Origin: Clostridia bacterium
GTDB taxonomy: Bacteria > Bacillota > Clostridia > Christensenellales > UBA1242
Assembly (NCBI GenBank): GCA_045596905.1
Contig: JAZODG010000047.1
Coordinates: 1 to 60,711, forward strand
DNA length: 60,711 nucleotides
Direction of reading: 5' to 3'
Shown: one piece after another, positions 57,419 to 60,711 of the stretch
How the letters are laid out: each line of letters starts with the position of its first letter
How positions within the stretch are numbered: the stretch's first letter is position 1
The notes under the pieces: generated by a model
The model's input: the letters and a program-made list of their open reading frames with translations, nothing else
Told to the model about the DNA's origin: nothing
Database searches by the model: none
Position numbers and translations under genes: made by a program

Positions 57419-58327
57419 TTGAAAAATCTTTTGCCTACATGGCTTTATTTGGCAATAACAAAAGACTTTCCAGAAGAGTATGTTTATGAATTAAGAATCA
57501 GAAAAGATAAGCCCCTGCAGGTTAATTTTAAGGGTAGATTATTTGAACTTGTAATTAATGACGGAATGAAAAATGAGATATATTATTCAACTGAAGATTT
57601 GATTTCTTATATTATTTCGATAGCAACAAAACAATCGCTCTATGCATATATTGACCAAATTAAAAACGGATATATTTCAACTGACAATGGGGTGAGAATT
57701 GGGCTTTGTGGCACTGCTGTTTATGAAAATGATAACTTGATGATGATAAACAAAATTTCTTCATTAAACATTAGATTTGGCCATAAAATTCAAGGTGTTT
57801 CAAATGAAATCATAAAATATCTAATTGACGAAACAGGACTAAAAAACACACTAATAATTTCTCCACCTGGGGCAGGAAAAACAACAATGCTCCGTGATAT
57901 CATTCAAAAACTTTCAGATGAATACAACACAGAAAATATCTTGGTTGCAGATGAAAGATTTGAACTAGCTGGGTTCTCTCAAGAAATTTATATAGGAAAA
58001 AATGTTGACGTGATTAGTGGTTCAAATAAATATTTTGCTTTCAATCATTCACTTAAGGTTATGAACCCAACTATTATTGCCACCGATGAAATTTCAGAGA
58101 TAAGTGATATGCAGTCGGTTGCCTATGCTATCAAGTCAGGTGTTTCGGTTATTGCAACTGCGCACGCAAATTGTATTGACGACATTAAAAACAAAAAAAG
58201 TTTTTGTGAGCTAATGACTAGTGGATATTTTGAAAGATTTGTTGTTTTATCAAAAAGAAATGGAGTGGGTACGATTGAAGGAGTTTTTAATGAAAAAAGA
58301 CAGCCAATATTTTTGCCATGTAATTAG
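57419..58327 (+). CDS. spoIIIAA: Stage III sporulation protein AA (AAA ATPase)
   Basis: TTG start 7 nt after AGGAG. Walker A SPPGAGKTTMLRD, Walker B IIATDEI. First gene of a collinear spoIIIA operon. Confidence 0.9.
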   Translation: MKNLLPTWLYLAITKDFPEEYVYELRIRKDKPLQVNFKGRLFELVINDGMKNEIYYSTEDLISYIISIATKQSLYAYIDQIKNGYISTDNGVRIGLCGTAVYENDNLMMINKISSLNIRFGHKIQGVSNEIIKYLIDETGLKNTLIISPPGAGKTTMLRDIIQKLSDEYNTENILVADERFELAGFSQEIYIGKNVDVISGSNKYFAFNHSLKVMNPTIIATDEISEISDMQSVAYAIKSGVSVIATAHANCIDDIKNKKSFCELMTSGYFERFVVLSKRNGVGTIEGVFNEKRQPIFLPCN

Positions 58328-58330
58328 TCT

Positions 58331-58816
58331 ATGAAATTTTTTGTTTTGATAACAATCTTTATTTTGATTTGCTTGATAGGATATTTTTTTAAAGAAAAAT
58401 ATAAAAAGCAGAAATTATTTTTGGAAATGCTTGATAATTTTTTGATGTTTTATAAGTCCAAAATAGTAGTGTCTAAAAACAATATTATTGATATTATTAA
58501 TGAGTATAAAATCATGCAAAATAACAAAAACGCAAATCTGCAAAATATATTTCAAAATAACAATAATCTATATAAGTTTAATGAAAATTTCGCAAAACGA
58601 TATATTTTTGACGAAAATTTAATAAAACTTATTACAGCGTATTTTGAAAATATCGGTTCGGGCAATCAAGAATTTGAGCTTGAAAAAGTCAATGGTGTTT
58701 TAGAGATTATTAAAGAGCAATTAGAAAAAACTACAAAAGAAATTCAAACAAAAGGTGAAGTTGGTTTTAAACTTTTTATTGCAATAGGGTTGGTTGTATT
58801 GATTCTGTTATGGTGA
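58331..58816 (+). CDS. spoIIIAB: Stage III sporulation protein AB
   Basis: N- and C-terminal TM segments flank a soluble domain; second position in the operon. Confidence 0.8.
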   Translation: MKFFVLITIFILICLIGYFFKEKYKKQKLFLEMLDNFLMFYKSKIVVSKNNIIDIINEYKIMQNNKNANLQNIFQNNNNLYKFNENFAKRYIFDENLIKLITAYFENIGSGNQEFELEKVNGVLEIIKEQLEKTTKEIQTKGEVGFKLFIAIGLVVLILLW

Positions 58817-58820
58817 GTAT

Positions 58821-59018
58821 ATGAATATTTCTATTTTATTTAAAATCGCTGCTATTGGCATTTTGACGATTGTTATTAGTCAGTTGTTTCAGCATCAGGG
58901 AAAGGGGGACCTAGCAACTCTGTCAAGTCTTGCTGGACTTGTTATAGTTTTGGCTATTGTTTTATCAATGGTTAGTGATTTGTTTGGTTCAATCAAAACT
59001 CTTTTTGAATTGTATTAA
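58821..59018 (+). CDS. spoIIIAC: Stage III sporulation protein AC
   Basis: 65 aa, two TM segments; ILFKIAAIGILTIVISQLF..LAGLVIVL. Confidence 0.88.
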   Translation: MNISILFKIAAIGILTIVISQLFQHQGKGDLATLSSLAGLVIVLAIVLSMVSDLFGSIKTLFELY

Positions 59019-59039
59019 AAACGCAAAAGGGGAAATATA

Positions 59040-59417
59040 TTGTTAAAAATTATATCAATAGCATTGATTACGGTGTTTTTATCTGCAATTATCAAAAATA
59101 AAAGCAGTGAAATTTCTTTGATTGTTAGTATTTGTGGTGGCGTTTTAATCTTTATGCTTTGCTTTGAAATGCTTGAAAATGTTGTTGATTTTTTTATGGA
59201 AACCAGCGAAAAACTTGTAATTGATTTTGATATTATAAAGCTGATTATCAAGGTGATTGGTGTTGGATATATCACTGAGTTCACTGCAGATATCGTTGAA
59301 GATTTTGGAAACAAAACCATTGCTTCAAAAGTAATACTTGGAGGGAAACTTGTTGTATGTGGTATAACGCTTCCCATAATAAGAAAGTTGTTTTTATTGC
59401 TATTTTCTTTTTGTTAA
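59040..59417 (+). CDS. spoIIIAD: Stage III sporulation protein AD
   Basis: TTG start; KVIGVGYITEFTADIVEDFGNKTIASKVILGGKL. Confidence 0.88.
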   Translation: MLKIISIALITVFLSAIIKNKSSEISLIVSICGGVLIFMLCFEMLENVVDFFMETSEKLVIDFDIIKLIIKVIGVGYITEFTADIVEDFGNKTIASKVILGGKLVVCGITLPIIRKLFLLLFSFC

Positions 59418-60544
59418 TATTTTTATTTAGCTCCAACATTCAAACAGCATATGCATATAGTGATGATGAACTATCCCAGGAACTAGAATCAAACACAAAT
59501 AAAATTTTAGATGATATAGACACTTCCGGGCTTGATGAATATTTAGAAAACGACTCAAAAATTGGTGTGTTTTCCTTTAAAGATTTTGCCACCAAGGTTT
59601 TGAATGGTGAGATTGATTTAAACTACGAAAATCTATTTGCTGAGTTAAAAGAAGAAATCTCTTTGAAATTTAAAGAAAATTTGCGTTTTTTTATTTATTT
59701 TTTTATCTGCATTGTTATTTTCGAAGTATTCAAAACATTTTGTTTAAACAAATATATTGATTTGAAAAGAAGTGTAAAAATTATTTTTTCTACTGTGTTT
59801 TGTTTTTTAGTTTTATCGTTGTTTAAAACTTACTATAAAACGGTTGCAGATTTTGTTGATTCAATCTTTAAATTTTCTGCGATATTGTTTCCAATATTAA
59901 TAAGCTTGATAACGCTTTCAGGGTCAGTTACTAGCTCAACAATATATAGTTCATTTTCGGTTTTTTTACTCAACACGGGATCTTATATAATCAGGTTTGT
60001 ATTGCTTCCACTTGCTGTTTCAATTTTTTTGCTTTCGGTGTTTAGTTCATTTTTTAAAAACAAATCTTTTGATAAGGTTATTGATCTTTTTAAACTTGTG
60101 TTTAAGTATACGATTATTTTATTTTTCTCTTTACTTGGTTTGATTTCAGTTGTGAATGTTATCACAGGTGGGGTGAAAGATGGAGTCAATTTAAAGCTAA
60201 CAAAGTTTGCAATAAAAAATTATGTTCCTGTTCTTGGTGGATATGTTTCAGAAGGGTTTGATTTTTTGCATAGCTGTTCGATTTTAGTTAAAAACGCTTT
60301 TGGTGTCTGTTCAATCTTTATTCTTTTTTCGTTATTAACTGGACCTATTGTTCTGTCGATAATTTTTATTTTTGGTTTCAAATTTTTGTCGGTTGCATCA
60401 AGCTTTGTTGGTGATGGAAGTTTTTCAGATATGTTTGAAAATGTATCAAAATCTTTTTCTAATTTTTTGTCTGTTATAATTGGAGCGTTTTTGATAATGT
60501 TTGTTTTTATATTTTTGCTTATTGCAACGGTTTGGGTTATTTGA
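59357..60544 (+). CDS. spoIIIAE: Stage III sporulation protein AE
   Basis: Signal peptide KKVVFIAIFFLLIFLFSSNIQTAYA, then a polytopic membrane domain. Overlaps spoIIIAD by 61 nt. Confidence 0.85.
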   Translation: MWYNASHNKKVVFIAIFFLLIFLFSSNIQTAYAYSDDELSQELESNTNKILDDIDTSGLDEYLENDSKIGVFSFKDFATKVLNGEIDLNYENLFAELKEEISLKFKENLRFFIYFFICIVIFEVFKTFCLNKYIDLKRSVKIIFSTVFCFLVLSLFKTYYKTVADFVDSIFKFSAILFPILISLITLSGSVTSSTIYSSFSVFLLNTGSYIIRFVLLPLAVSIFLLSVFSSFFKNKSFDKVIDLFKLVFKYTIILFFSLLGLISVVNVITGGVKDGVNLKLTKFAIKNYVPVLGGYVSEGFDFLHSCSILVKNAFGVCSIFILFSLLTGPIVLSIIFIFGFKFLSVASSFVGDGSFSDMFENVSKSFSNFLSVIIGAFLIMFVFIFLLIATVWVI

Positions 60545-60702
60545 TGATTTTGGAGTTTGTTGTATTTTTTATTGGAATCAATTTATTGTTTGAATTTATA
60601 CAAACGATTTTTCCAATGTCGAAAATGTTTGGGTATATAAAATCATTTGTTTCAATGATGCTTATTTATGTTATTTGTTTAAAAGTAGGAAAACTAATAT
60701 AA
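60544..60702 (+). CDS. spoIIIAF: SpoIIIAF-like N-terminal membrane segment, 52-codon ORF (not in the track)
   Basis: ATGA overlap with the spoIIIAE stop. MILEFVVFFIGINLLFEFIQTIFPMSKMFGYIKSFVSMMLIYVICLKVGKLI resembles the two-TM N-terminus of SpoIIIAF. In-frame TAA at 60700. Confidence 0.45.
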   Translation: MILEFVVFFIGINLLFEFIQTIFPMSKMFGYIKSFVSMMLIYVICLKVGKLI

Positions 60703-60711
60703 ATATTACAA

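Noticed and set aside
1-60711. CRISPR arrays, IS elements, prophage or integrase genes, toxin-antitoxin pairs, defence islands
   Set aside because: I found no regularly spaced direct repeats and no transposase, recombinase or integrase-like translations. No terminal inverted repeats flank any block. The only tandem repeats are in-frame low-complexity coding repeats.

Overview
AT-rich chromosomal core segment of an endospore-forming Firmicute. It holds about 70 protein genes and one tRNA-Lys(CUU). I found no rRNA, CRISPR array, transposase, integrase or other mobile element. All but five genes are on the + strand. From memory, the gene order is a compressed version of the Bacillus subtilis backbone: rsmD-ylbJ-ylbM...rpmF / plsX-rnc-smc-ftsY-ylxM-ffh-rpsP-khpA-rimM-trmD-rbgA-rnhB-rplS / comM-dprA-topA-trmFO-hslVU / rpsB-tsf-frr-uppS-cdsA-rseP-[polC slot]-rimP-nusA-ylxR-ylxQ-infB-rbfA-truB / efp-spoIIIAA..AF. 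Most of the window is ordinary housekeeping with clear sigma-A promoters (10 of the 15 I called carry an extended -10 TGn) and hairpin terminators. I did not find a convincing new multi-gene system such as a defence island. The points worth a second look are departures from the backbone. (1) A nifS/iscU-like gene pair has the PLP-binding Lys replaced by Leu and the scaffold's cluster-ligand Cys residues substituted. (2) A 555-aa PolC-like protein (N-domain + OB + proofreading exonuclease) sits in the polC slot without a PHP domain or polymerase core. (3) An orphan reverse-strand gene with its own strong promoter sits where pyrH is expected, between tsf and frr. (4) The alanine racemase PLP-Lys motif lies upstream of the first canonical start codon, so initiation at ATT is probable. 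(5) Two orphan genes lie between rpmF and plsX, and a possible RyR-like protein is co-transcribed with aspS inside the rpsP-rimM block. (6) Structured leaders precede rplS, rpsB and rimP-nusA. (7) A SpoIIIAF-like ORF stops after 52 codons. All calls come from reading the translations, recalled motifs and hand-folded hairpins. No searches were run.
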